Program-made: the position numbers and the translations under genes | The notes under the pieces: model-generated | What the model saw: only the letters and a program-made list of their open reading frames with translations | Told to the model about the DNA's origin: nothing | Databases searched by the model: none | Assembly (NCBI GenBank): GCA_044224875.1 | Contig: JBGAJQ010000001.1 | Location: 96,001-160,000 of the forward strand | Direction: 5' to 3' | Length of the DNA: 64,000 nucleotides | Origin: Gemmatimonadaceae bacterium | Lineage (GTDB): Bacteria; Gemmatimonadota; Gemmatimonadetes; Gemmatimonadales; Gemmatimonadaceae | Part shown: in pieces, positions 49,626 to 59,383 of the stretch | Position numbering within the stretch: position 1 is the stretch's first letter | How the letters are laid out: every line of letters starts with the position of its first letter

Positions 49626-51409
49626 CGCCCCTTGACCTTGGCCTGGTGGGAAATGGCACGATCAGCGCACTGATCAACCCGACCGCGGAGATCGTCTGGG
49701 CCTGCTTCCCGCGATTTGATAGTGACCCGGCCTTTTGCTCCCTCCTCGCCGAGCATGCGGTGGGAAGTGGATCGGGGTACTTCGCGGTCGATGTGGTAGA
49801 CAGCGTTCGCAGCGAACAGTCCTACATCGACAACACGCCAGTCCTCGTCACGACGATATACGACAGCCGGGGGGGCTGCGTAGAGGTAACAGACTTCGCG
49901 CCTCGCTTTCGGCAGTTCGGTCGGATGTTCACGCCAATGGCACTCGTACGTCAGGTCAAACGTATCTCGGGGAACCCGCGCATCCGGATACGACTGCGGC
50001 CGGCGTTCCAGTACGGGCGCTTCGCTACGGAACGCACGTACGGCAGCAACCATATCCGGTTCATAGGTGGCGACGTCGTGCTTCGCGCGACCACGGATGC
50101 TTCTATTACCGCCATCGTCGAGGAGAATGCCGTCTTCATCGAAGACACGCTCACTGTGCTCCTTGGTTCCGACGAGACCTTGCAGGGTTCTGTGACCGAA
50201 GTGGGTCGACGTTTCCTGGAGGAGACGATTCACTACTGGCGTGGTTGGGTGCGGGCCCTCGGCATTCCCTTCGAGTGGCAAGACGTCGTCATTCGTTCGG
50301 CCATCACGTTGAAGCTGAACGCGTACGAGGACACCGGCGCTATCGTGGCTGCCATGACAACGTCCATCCCGGAGGCGGCCGGAAGTGGGCGCAACTGGGA
50401 CTACCGCTACTGCTGGTTACGGGACGCGTATTTCGTAGTGGACGCCCTCAACCGGTTGGGCGCCACGCGCACCATGGAGCGCTTTCTCGCGTACATCCTC
50501 AATATCGTGGCCGGAGGGGATCAGGCGAGGTTGCAGCCGTTGTACACCATCAGTGGGCGAACGGAGATCGATGAGCGAGTCGTCGAAACACTGCCTGGGT
50601 ATCGGGGCATGGGGCCCGTCCGCGTCGGCAACCTGGCCTATCGTCAGGTCCAACACGACGTCTACGGGTCGGCGATTCTCGCGGCCACGCACGTGTTCTT
50701 TGACCGCCGGCTGGAGCGACGTGGCGATGAAACGCTCTTCCGCCGGCTAGAGCCGTTGGGACATCACGCGGCCGCCTTATTCGACCAACCGGACGCTGGG
50801 ATCTGGGAGCTGAGGGGTAGTTCCCACGTGCACACTTTCTCCAGCATCATGTGCTGGGCCGGCTGCGACCGGCTCTCGAAGATCGCGTCGTACATCGGTC
50901 TCACCAGCGCGGCGGCCTATTGGCGTGCCGAGGCTTCGCGACTCCACGATGCCATTTGCGAGCGATGCTGGAGTCCGACGTTGGGAAGTTTCGTGGCCAC
51001 CATGGGCGGTGACGCTCTCGATGCTTCGCTCCTGCGCATGACGGATGTTGGCTTCCTTCCCCCCGACGACCCCCGCCTGATTGGCACGGTTGAGGCTGTC
51101 GGACGGAACCTGCGGCACGGCGACTTCATCTACCGTTACGTCGGGGAAGACGACTTCGGACGTCCGGAGAACGCCTTTCTCGCCTGCACCTTCTGGTACA
51201 TCAACGCGCTGGCCGCGTTGGGTCGGGTGGCCGAAGCGCGCACCATGTTCGAGAACGTACTTGCACACCGCAACCGACACGGCTTGCTGGCGGAGCACAT
51301 CGATCCCCGCACGCATGAGCAGTGGGGAAACTTCGTTCAGACTTACAGCATGGTAGGATTGATCAGCTCCGCGGTGCGCCTGTCCGTACCGTGGGACAAG
51401 GCCTTCTAG
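49622..51409 (+). CDS. Glycoside hydrolase family 15 (probable trehalase)
   Basis: WACFPRFDS, RNWDYRYCWLRD, QHDVYG, DAGIWELRG, GLLAEH, GNFVQTYS. Confidence 0.9.
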   Translation: MTPLDLGLVGNGTISALINPTAEIVWACFPRFDSDPAFCSLLAEHAVGSGSGYFAVDVVDSVRSEQSYIDNTPVLVTTIYDSRGGCVEVTDFAPRFRQFGRMFTPMALVRQVKRISGNPRIRIRLRPAFQYGRFATERTYGSNHIRFIGGDVVLRATTDASITAIVEENAVFIEDTLTVLLGSDETLQGSVTEVGRRFLEETIHYWRGWVRALGIPFEWQDVVIRSAITLKLNAYEDTGAIVAAMTTSIPEAAGSGRNWDYRYCWLRDAYFVVDALNRLGATRTMERFLAYILNIVAGGDQARLQPLYTISGRTEIDERVVETLPGYRGMGPVRVGNLAYRQVQHDVYGSAILAATHVFFDRRLERRGDETLFRRLEPLGHHAAALFDQPDAGIWELRGSSHVHTFSSIMCWAGCDRLSKIASYIGLTSAAAYWRAEASRLHDAICERCWSPTLGSFVATMGGDALDASLLRMTDVGFLPPDDPRLIGTVEAVGRNLRHGDFIYRYVGEDDFGRPENAFLACTFWYINALAALGRVAEARTMFENVLAHRNRHGLLAEHIDPRTHEQWGNFVQTYSMVGLISSAVRLSVPWDKAF

Positions 51410-52500
51410 GCGCGCCACACCTCGCCGAGCAGCCGCATCCAGTTGCCCCCGACGATCTTTTCGATGCGCGACGAGCCATGTCCGCGCTTGGCCAGCGCGT
51501 CGGCGATCAGCTCCAGGCGACGAGGCGCGTTGAATTCCGGCACGTAGGTGAACACGTCCTCGGACTCACCGGGTGCCGAAATCCCCAGCCGACGACGTGT
51601 CTGGATGCTCTCGGCGTGCGCCTTCCTGAATTCTGGCGTCAGGTCAATCGGCGTGATCGAGTTGTCGCTGCCGATGCCGACGTGGTCTTCACCACAGACG
51701 TCGAGCGCATGCTCGATGTGACGCAGCACGTCATCTCCGCGTGGTTGCCCCTCGTTCCGCAAGTAGGGCATGAGGTAGATGCCCACCACACCACCGCGGT
51801 CAGCGATCTCCTTCAGCAGGGCGTCCGGCTTGTTCCGGGGCATCTCGGCGATGGCGCTGCAGCCGGTATGGGTAGCGGCAACGGGCCGCGACGACGTACG
51901 AATCGCGTCAAGTGAAGACTGACGGCCCACGTGGCTAAGGTCGACGAGGACGCCCAATTCGTTCATTCGCGCAATGCACGCTCGTCCGAAGCTCGTAAGG
52001 CCGCCATTGGCCGGCTCGAGGCATCCGTCGCCTAACAAGTTCCGGACGTTGTAGGTGAACTGCACGATGCGAACGCCCAGGTGGTAGAAGAGATCCACTC
52101 GGGTTATATCGTTCCCGAACATGGTGCCATCCTGGAACCCCAGGATGACGCCCAGTCGCCGGGTGCGCTTGGCCTCCTTCAGGTCGGACATGCCGCGCAC
52201 CTTCAGTAGCACATCCGGGTGCGCCGCGAACTCGCGTTCCCAGAACGCAATATTGGAGACAGTCTCGACAAAGGCCGGATCGCCAACACCTGACCCGTTA
52301 ACCGTGGCGTTGCAGCCGGTGATGCCAGAGGCCCGTGCGTTCTCGACCATCGCCGCAGTGAACGGCCGGCCGTACATATCGTTGACGTTGAACGGCCCAA
52401 CCGTGGCGAGCAGGTCGATCACGAACGCTGTGTCATAGCCGGGCCAGGCGAACCTCCGGTCCATGGCTGGAGTGATCGCGTCCTCGCGTTCTACGTCCAT
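51406..52500 (-). CDS. Membrane dipeptidase (M19), no signal peptide
   Basis: GFQDG, QFTYN, DLSH, ATHTG, PRNKPD, HVGIGSD, VGGNW. Confidence 0.87.
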   Translation of the reverse strand: MDVEREDAITPAMDRRFAWPGYDTAFVIDLLATVGPFNVNDMYGRPFTAAMVENARASGITGCNATVNGSGVGDPAFVETVSNIAFWEREFAAHPDVLLKVRGMSDLKEAKRTRRLGVILGFQDGTMFGNDITRVDLFYHLGVRIVQFTYNVRNLLGDGCLEPANGGLTSFGRACIARMNELGVLVDLSHVGRQSSLDAIRTSSRPVAATHTGCSAIAEMPRNKPDALLKEIADRGGVVGIYLMPYLRNEGQPRGDDVLRHIEHALDVCGEDHVGIGSDNSITPIDLTPEFRKAHAESIQTRRRLGISAPGESEDVFTYVPEFNAPRRLELIADALAKRGHGSSRIEKIVGGNWMRLLGEVWRA

Positions 52501-53657
52501 ACGTCCCCAAGGAGGCGCTGCCAGTTGCCTCCAATGATTTTGGCGATGCGGGCCGATCCGTGACCCGCCTTGGCGAGTGCATCGGCGATCAACTCCATGC
52601 GTCTGGGCTGGTTGAAGTCGGCGACGTAGTTGAAGACGTTCTCGTCCTCGCCCGGGGCCATGATGCCGGCCCTCCGGCGGTTTTGCACGAACTGCACATG
52701 CTTGGCGCGGAACTCGGCGGTGATGTCCAAGGGCGTGATGGAGAGGTCGCTCCCAATCCCTACGTGGTCCTCGCCGCAGACATCGACCGCTCGCCCGATG
52801 TGCCGCACGACATCGTCCGCGTTAGGTGCGGTACCAGAACGAAGGAAGGGCATGAGATAGATGCCGACGACGCCACCGGTGTCGGCGATCGCTTTGAGCA
52901 GTGCATCGGGCTTGTTCCGGGGGACGTCGTTCAAGGATGCGCAGCCTGTGTGGGTCGCAGCCACGGGCTTCTTTGATGCCTTGACCGCGTCCGCACTCGT
53001 CTGACGGCCGACGTGTCCCAGGTCGACGAGCATACCGACGTCGTTCATGCGCTCGATGACGCGACGCCCGAACGTTGAAAGTCCGCTGTTGGCTGGCTCC
53101 AGGCAGCCATCGCCAAGCAGGTTTCGCACGTTGTAAGTGAGCTGAATGATGCGCACACCCAGGCTGTGGAAGAGTTCCACACGCGAGACGTCCGCGTCGA
53201 GCATCACGGCGTCCTGAAAGCCAAGGATGATGCCCACGCGACCACTCCGCTTGGCCTCCTTGAGATCGGCGAGCGTGCGGATCTTCATGAGGACGTCGGG
53301 GTGCGCGGCCAATTCCCGCTCGTAATAAGCGATGTTCTGCACGGTCTGGATGAACGCCGGCGCTCCGACACCGCCGCCGCTACATGTGGCATTCACCGCA
53401 GTAATTCCGGACTTTCGCGCGTTCTCCAGCATATCCGGAGAGAGCGGCTTTACGTATTGGTCCGGCGAGTTGAAGTACGTGACATTCGCCAGACAGTCGA
53501 TGACGACGGCGTCATTATAGCCAGGCCACAACGGTCGCGGCGCCAGCGGTGCAGCTGCCGTTGCGTCGCCGGCCTGCTTCAGCGGTAACGTTGACGCGGC
53601 GGTGGCGGCTGCGGCAAGGCGCGTGAAGTCGCGCCGGGAAATGGGGTGCTCGGGCAT
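52491..53657 (-). CDS. Tat-exported membrane dipeptidase (M19)
   Basis: ISRRDFT signal; GFQDA, QLTYN, DLGH, ATHTG, HVGIGSD. Confidence 0.87.
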   Translation of the reverse strand: MPEHPISRRDFTRLAAAATAASTLPLKQAGDATAAAPLAPRPLWPGYNDAVVIDCLANVTYFNSPDQYVKPLSPDMLENARKSGITAVNATCSGGGVGAPAFIQTVQNIAYYERELAAHPDVLMKIRTLADLKEAKRSGRVGIILGFQDAVMLDADVSRVELFHSLGVRIIQLTYNVRNLLGDGCLEPANSGLSTFGRRVIERMNDVGMLVDLGHVGRQTSADAVKASKKPVAATHTGCASLNDVPRNKPDALLKAIADTGGVVGIYLMPFLRSGTAPNADDVVRHIGRAVDVCGEDHVGIGSDLSITPLDITAEFRAKHVQFVQNRRRAGIMAPGEDENVFNYVADFNQPRRMELIADALAKAGHGSARIAKIIGGNWQRLLGDVWT

Positions 53658-53784
53658 GAAGGGTCTGAGGGAGTCGCCCAAACATGCAAGCACCGCATCG
53701 ACTTCGTAATCCCACCGGAGCGCCAGGTCCACTCGCGCTCCGCACCACGCACCAAGTCCGGCGATGGAGCGGAGCACAAAGCGG

Positions 53785-54327
53785 CTATCGACCTGTCGCG
53801 ACCCCGCCGGCGAGACGCTGTGAATTGCGCAGCGGCGTGCCCCAGTGGTGCCCGGCGGCCTCCGGCGCCGACACCTCGGTCACCTGCGATGCGGGATGCG
53901 AGTGCAGCACGATATCGAGGTCGGCACCCAAGGCTTCTGTGAGACGCAGGAGCGTTTCCATCTGCCAGTTATGGGTTGCCGTCTCGAGCGCGGCGATCCG
54001 CTGACGGGTGACGCCCATGCGCCGAGCGACGTCGGTCAGTGACCAGCCCCGTTCCCGCCGGATCCAGCGCAGCTGCAACGCCACCGCATGACTTGGTGAG
54101 AGAGGAATTGCAACACATGCGGTGGAGACGAGCCGGATGGCATCGTCGCGAGGTCGTGGAGGTAACTCACCGCGTCTTAACATGGTTGCGATGCGTGTGT
54201 GAAGCGCCTCGCGCGCTTCGGTGGTGACGTGCGTGAGATCCTGGCCTTCGGCACGAAGTCCCGGCAAGTCAGGAAATTCCAACTGCCATCCATCGGCAGT
54301 TCGTTCGATATGGGCGATGTACTTCAT
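53785..54327 (-). CDS. HicB-like antitoxin domain + XRE HTH
   Basis: MKYIAHIE..FPDLPGL.AEG..EAREAL, then LRWIRRERGWSLTDVARRMGVTRQRIAALE. Confidence 0.8.
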   Translation of the reverse strand: MKYIAHIERTADGWQLEFPDLPGLRAEGQDLTHVTTEAREALHTRIATMLRRGELPPRPRDDAIRLVSTACVAIPLSPSHAVALQLRWIRRERGWSLTDVARRMGVTRQRIAALETATHNWQMETLLRLTEALGADLDIVLHSHPASQVTEVSAPEAAGHHWGTPLRNSQRLAGGVATGR

Positions 54328-54349
54328 GTGTATGTCGTGCGGCCCGTGA

Positions 54350-54379
54350 TGCACTGGAGCGTGGTAACGCTCCAGTGCA
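54350..54379. terminator. Perfect inverted repeat (terminator of susCD or operator of the HicB-like gene)
   Basis: TGCACTGGAGCGT-GGTA-ACGCTCCAGTGCA: 13-bp perfect stem between the susD stop and the HicB-like start. Confidence 0.6.
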
Positions 54380-54393
54380 CCCGGCCACGTCTC

Positions 54394-55809
54394 CTACCGG
54401 CAAACGCCAACGTACTTCGTTCCCTTCACGCCGTTCAGCAGTTCGTTCGACTCCCGCTCGGCGACTCCAATCGGAAACAGGCAACCCGGCTGCCTGACCG
54501 CCGTGGAGTTCGGATTCCAGTTCGCATCCACGATCTTCCAGCGATACATGTCGTTCAGGCGACGGCCCATGAACAGCAGGCCCACCCGGCGTTCGAACTC
54601 GAGCACCTGACTACGCGACCAGCCGTTGGTGCCCAGGTACGCACCGGTCGTTTCATCGTACGCCTTCGCGAGCCCCTTGGCTGCGCGGAACGCGTTGATC
54701 GCCTTGCCGAAGGCGATGTCCCCAGCCGACGTCGCCTTCGCCAGCTCCGACTCCGCGAGCAACAACCGCATTTCGTTGTCCGAGGCCACACGGATAGGCG
54801 GGAGATTGGGATCCCCGTCGTAGGCGCAGGCGCTCGCCGTACACGTTGCCAGATTCACCAGGGCGATGTTCTCCGTGGCAAAAGGCTCAGGCCTGGTCGT
54901 TTCGATGATGTCCTTCAGCGTGACGCTGGTCGGCTTGTTCGTGGGACCAAGGCTGACGAAGAACGTGGACGTCGTGATCTCCACGCGGTTGTTCAGCTCA
55001 AACCCAAACGGCGGGTTGCCTTGGTTTACCGACGTCACCTGTATGTCGTAATGTGTGAAACCGGACGTCAACGCAGCCGTCGCATCCGCCGCGTAGCCGT
55101 TGTCGGCCACGAGCGGGTTCGTCGGATTCGCCGGCACCGGGTTCAACTTCGCCCACACGCCCTTCGCATGCTTCACGCGGGCGCTCATCGCCTGGAACAC
55201 CGGCTTCAGATCGCCGTTCATCGCCAAGCCCTTGGCGATGCCGCTCGAGGCGCTGTCATACATCTTCGCCATGTTCGCTTCCCCCACCGCCGCCCCGGCA
55301 ATCGTCTTGTCGGAGATGGTGAAGTCATCGTACATGTCGCCGATCATGGCGTACATCACGGCCTTGTTCAGGTACGCCCGTTCCAGGAACGCGTCGTCGG
55401 ACAGGTTGCCGGCCTTCTGGAAGCCTTCCAGCAGCTTCACGGCATTGTCCGCCAGCCAGCGCGCCTCGTTCACGTTGAACGACGCCGCGTTGGTGTACTC
55501 GTTGGACTGATTGCCCGCCTGGCCCTGATCGAGCTGCTGGTAGTCATCCCGCGAGCCACGGAAGATCGTCTCGTCCGTGATCGCCGCGTAGGGCGTGTAG
55601 ATCGACTGCAATGCCCGCACGGTGCTGTTCTCCGCACCGTTGATGATCGTCCCGGCGGCGGCCGGATTCGTCAACGCTTCCGCGGTGACGTTGTTCGGGT
55701 TGTCGACTTCGAGCAGGCCCGAACAGGCGGCGAGGGCCAGGGTGGCCAGCGACGCCGTCGCGGCGCGCACCAGGGTGCGCGCCGGACGAAACATGGGGGT
55801 GGATGTCAT
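54394..55809 (-). CDS. RagB/SusD-family lipoprotein
   Basis: GGAG RBS; lipobox LAAC then LLEVDNPN; EMRLLLAE, INAFR, ERRVGLLFMGRRLNDMYR, CLFPI...E. Directly downstream of susC. Confidence 0.85.
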   Translation of the reverse strand: MTSTPMFRPARTLVRAATASLATLALAACSGLLEVDNPNNVTAEALTNPAAAGTIINGAENSTVRALQSIYTPYAAITDETIFRGSRDDYQQLDQGQAGNQSNEYTNAASFNVNEARWLADNAVKLLEGFQKAGNLSDDAFLERAYLNKAVMYAMIGDMYDDFTISDKTIAGAAVGEANMAKMYDSASSGIAKGLAMNGDLKPVFQAMSARVKHAKGVWAKLNPVPANPTNPLVADNGYAADATAALTSGFTHYDIQVTSVNQGNPPFGFELNNRVEITTSTFFVSLGPTNKPTSVTLKDIIETTRPEPFATENIALVNLATCTASACAYDGDPNLPPIRVASDNEMRLLLAESELAKATSAGDIAFGKAINAFRAAKGLAKAYDETTGAYLGTNGWSRSQVLEFERRVGLLFMGRRLNDMYRWKIVDANWNPNSTAVRQPGCLFPIGVAERESNELLNGVKGTKYVGVCR

Positions 55810-55825
55810 GTCGAGTCGCTCCATC

Positions 55826-58800
55826 TTAGTAGCCAAGGCGGACGGAGAGAGCGACACGCCGCGGAATGGGCATGCCGAACCCGTCGATGCCTTCGTTGAA
55901 GTTGTTCTGGAGTCCCGCGCCCACACCGGCGGAGAAGATGTTGATCTCCGGATCCTGACCGTCGTAGTGCGGCGCCCAGAGCATGAGGTTACGACCCGTC
56001 AGAGACAACGACAGGTCGCGGGCGCCCAATCGGGCGGCCAGTGCACGCGACGCCGTGTACGTCACCGACAATTCGCGCCACCGGACAAAGTCGCCCGGCG
56101 CCTGCTGGTTGAGGCCCGGATACGAATTCAACGCTACGAGACCCAGCCAGGACTTGGCTGCCCCGAGTCGATCTGCCGCTGTGCTGGATGGATTGCGAAG
56201 CACGCTCTCGATTCGAGCTGCGGCCTCGGTATTCTGGCCACGCGCGTTCGCATTGCGGAAAGCGCAGGTCAAACACGTGTACTGGTAGTTCCCGCCCTTG
56301 TATTCGAAGAGCGAGTACACGCGCCAGCTCTTGCCGATGTTCACCGACCCACCGAACGAACCGGTCCAATCCGGGAACGGCTTGCCCGTGAAGTGGTCCA
56401 GCTTGTCTGTGTCGCCGTCCTCATCAACGAGCAACACCACATTGCCAGCGATGAGCTTCGAGAGTGCCGATGGGGCGGTAAGGGCGGCCGACACCTGCGC
56501 TTCCGTGTCTGGCAAGCCGTCACCGTTGAAGTCGTACGGTAGCTCACCGCTGTTCAAGCAGGTGTAGGTCTTGCCCGAGGGACGCTCAGCGCAGGAACGC
56601 ACCAGCTTGGCGCCGAACATCGCGCCCGGCGTGAAGCCTTCCTTGATGTAGTTACGATAGCGCGGATACGACCCGCCGACCTTGATCTCGGCGGCACCGC
56701 CTAACGACGTGACGGTCTGTGACAGATAGGCACCGTTGACGAAGATGTCCGCCGAGAGGTTTGCTTTCTGCACCAGGAACGCCTTGACGCCGATTTCGTG
56801 TCCATAGGCCTTCATCTCACCGATGTTCGACAGCTGTGTCGCCTGGAAGCCGCCGGAGATCGGGTACTGCTTGTCCACCAGAAGGTCCTTGATGTCGCGA
56901 TGGAAGTAGGTGTACTGCACGCCGATCTTGTCGGCGAACAGTCCGACTTCAGCGCCGCCTTCGATTTCGGTTGAGACTTCCGGCTTGAGGTCAGGATTGC
57001 CGATGTTGCCCGGCGAGAGACCGGAGCCCGCGTCACCCGACAGCGGGTTGAACGTGGTGAGCTTGGAGAACGCGCCAGGTTGGCGGCCCGATTGGCCCCA
57101 GGCGCCGCGCAGACGAAGGGCAGAGATCCCCAGCATCGGCTTCCAGCTCTCGCGGTCCGATGGGACCACCGAAAGAGAAACCTTCGGATACAACACACCC
57201 TTGGAGCTCTTGCCGAATGTAGAGCTGTAGTCGTAGCGGGCACCGCCCGTGACGTAGATCCAGTTCGTCAGCCCCAACTGCTCCTGCGCGAAGAATCCGC
57301 CGTTCACGGTCTCACTGATGGCCTCGAGTGCCTGTGCGTCGTCACCGGCTGGCGTGACATTGATGCCGGGGCCCGGGAAGTTGTGGTTGAACGAACCGGG
57401 CTGCGCCGTCTTGGAGAAGAAGCCTTGCGCACCAAGGACGAACGAGGAGTTCAGTCCCAGGAGGGGCCTCGAGTAGTTCACCTTCGAGTCCAGCGTGATC
57501 TCACGCTGATTGCGGTCCTGCACCGTGCGGTTGCCCGCCGGATCGTTGTTGTAGACGGCATTGAAATCGGTGCCAAATGGCTGATATCCGAAGTTCTGTC
57601 CGCCCGTGTAGTCAACACCGGCGGTGGTTGCCCACGACAGGTTCTGCCACGGTGTGTACGTCACGTCCACCGCGCCGATGATCCGGTCGATCTTCTGCTG
57701 CGTGTGAATCGCCATCAGCTCTTCGGGGGTGCCGAAGCCCTGCACGCCAAAGGTGTTGCCGGGTCCGTTGCAGGTGCCATGGCCCGTATTGTCCACCGTC
57801 CCGTTGTTGCAGCTTACCAACTCCGGCTTGCCAAACAGCGCTTGTGTGACTGGCGCGAAGATGTTGTTGGCATTCTGCGGGGTTTCCTGGAACGTGTTCG
57901 TGTAGGACGACCGCACGCCAATGCGCAGGCTGTTGTAGGGCACGAACCCAAGGTTCACCGTCGCGTTGGCACGACGCACCACGTCCACGGACGGGTCCGT
58001 GACGTAGCTCGTACCGCCAAACGGGCCATCTTCCTTGTAATAGCGGCCGTTCACGAAGTACGTGAGGGCCTCTGTACCGCCGGTGATGCCTAACGACCCG
58101 GTCGTCGACTGACCGAGGTCGTAGAACCGCTGCACGAAGGGTTCCTCGAACGGCTTGTAGTCCTGGATGTCCGTCCGGCCATAGAACGCGTTGAGCTTCG
58201 CAGCGCTCGTGTTTCCCGTGCCGCCGCGCGGGACGCCAAAGTTGGATTCCAATCGGTTCGTGGGATACCGCAGCAAGTCGCCTTGCAGCTGGAAGTCCCA
58301 CTTCGGCTTCCCGGCCGATCCCTTCTTCGTGAAGATCTGGATCACGCCGTTGGACGCTTCCGTGCCGTACAACGTGGCGGCTGCTGCGCCCTTCAGGATC
58401 TCGACGCGCTCGATCGTGCTCGGATCGATGTCGTCCAGACGCGAAGGCGCGGCGGCACCACCGTCACCAACATTCATGGAGAAGTCACCCGACGAGTTGA
58501 TGCGGATGCCGTCCACGAAGATGACGGGCTCGTTCGACTGCGACAGCGACGCATTGCCGCGGATACGGATCCGGGCGCCCGTGCCGGTCATGCCCGACGA
58601 CGGCAAGCCAACGACGCCGGGTTCCCGACCCTGCAACAATTCGTTTGTCGTTGCAATCGGCGCGAACTTCGGCGGCTCCACCTGCGCCACCGTGTTGCCG
58701 AGGTGCTTCACCTCGGTTGCCATCGCGGTACCCGTCGTCACAACGGCTTCCAGCTGCAGTGCGGATTGCGACAGGTCAAAGTCCGCGCGGACCGTGGCCC

Positions 58801-59098
58801 CCGCTCGAACTACCACTTGCTTGGCCCCTGCGGTGAACCCGATGAGCCGAGCGCGCAGGTCTAGCGTGCGGGCCGGCGCATTCGCAATGCGATAGTTGCC
58901 GTCCCGGTTGGTCACTGCGCCGACGCCCAGCCCGACCGCGCCGACCTGCACGCCTTCGAGCGGACGCCCGGTCTGGGCCTCCTTCACCGTCCCCTCGATC
59001 ACCCCGACTCCTGTTTGAGCTGCAATGGGGGTGACGGCACTGGCGATCCACAGCAGTGCGCCGGTGACGGAGGTACAACATCTCACAAGCCTGTGCAT
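55826..59098 (-). CDS. SusC/RagA family TonB-dependent receptor
   Basis: AGGAGGAG RBS; signal peptide, N-terminal extension, plug (IRIRG..PVIFVDG..VEILKGAAAATLYGTEASNGVIQIFTKKG), GNPDLKPE, and aromatic C-terminal residue. Confidence 0.93.
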   Translation of the reverse strand: MHRLVRCCTSVTGALLWIASAVTPIAAQTGVGVIEGTVKEAQTGRPLEGVQVGAVGLGVGAVTNRDGNYRIANAPARTLDLRARLIGFTAGAKQVVVRAGATVRADFDLSQSALQLEAVVTTGTAMATEVKHLGNTVAQVEPPKFAPIATTNELLQGREPGVVGLPSSGMTGTGARIRIRGNASLSQSNEPVIFVDGIRINSSGDFSMNVGDGGAAAPSRLDDIDPSTIERVEILKGAAAATLYGTEASNGVIQIFTKKGSAGKPKWDFQLQGDLLRYPTNRLESNFGVPRGGTGNTSAAKLNAFYGRTDIQDYKPFEEPFVQRFYDLGQSTTGSLGITGGTEALTYFVNGRYYKEDGPFGGTSYVTDPSVDVVRRANATVNLGFVPYNSLRIGVRSSYTNTFQETPQNANNIFAPVTQALFGKPELVSCNNGTVDNTGHGTCNGPGNTFGVQGFGTPEELMAIHTQQKIDRIIGAVDVTYTPWQNLSWATTAGVDYTGGQNFGYQPFGTDFNAVYNNDPAGNRTVQDRNQREITLDSKVNYSRPLLGLNSSFVLGAQGFFSKTAQPGSFNHNFPGPGINVTPAGDDAQALEAISETVNGGFFAQEQLGLTNWIYVTGGARYDYSSTFGKSSKGVLYPKVSLSVVPSDRESWKPMLGISALRLRGAWGQSGRQPGAFSKLTTFNPLSGDAGSGLSPGNIGNPDLKPEVSTEIEGGAEVGLFADKIGVQYTYFHRDIKDLLVDKQYPISGGFQATQLSNIGEMKAYGHEIGVKAFLVQKANLSADIFVNGAYLSQTVTSLGGAAEIKVGGSYPRYRNYIKEGFTPGAMFGAKLVRSCAERPSGKTYTCLNSGELPYDFNGDGLPDTEAQVSAALTAPSALSKLIAGNVVLLVDEDGDTDKLDHFTGKPFPDWTGSFGGSVNIGKSWRVYSLFEYKGGNYQYTCLTCAFRNANARGQNTEAAARIESVLRNPSSTAADRLGAAKSWLGLVALNSYPGLNQQAPGDFVRWRELSVTYTASRALAARLGARDLSLSLTGRNLMLWAPHYDGQDPEINIFSAGVGAGLQNNFNEGIDGFGMPIPRRVALSVRLGY

Positions 59099-59383
59099 GT
59101 GCTTCTCCTCCTGGTGTCACGCGTGGGAGCCCACAGCCCGGCCTCGGTCGCCATCACAGGGCGTTCGTACGAGGACTGTGGCCGGCACGCGTTGGGATTG
59201 CACCCAATGAGCGGCGACCGCGCAGCTGATTGCGCACGGGTACGATGCGGCGGGGATCCCCACGCCGCCCTGCGAAAGGGCGCAGGTGTGAGGAACGCGG
59301 TACGAACGGCGCAGGACGCGGACCATCACCGCGCGTCCCGTTGCCTAACGGACGGCGGCTCGCGGCAACCCTGCAGTTGCGTG

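Noticed and set aside
54199..55899. 566-aa + strand ORF
   Set aside because: Antisense shadow of susD, Arg-rich and without motifs.
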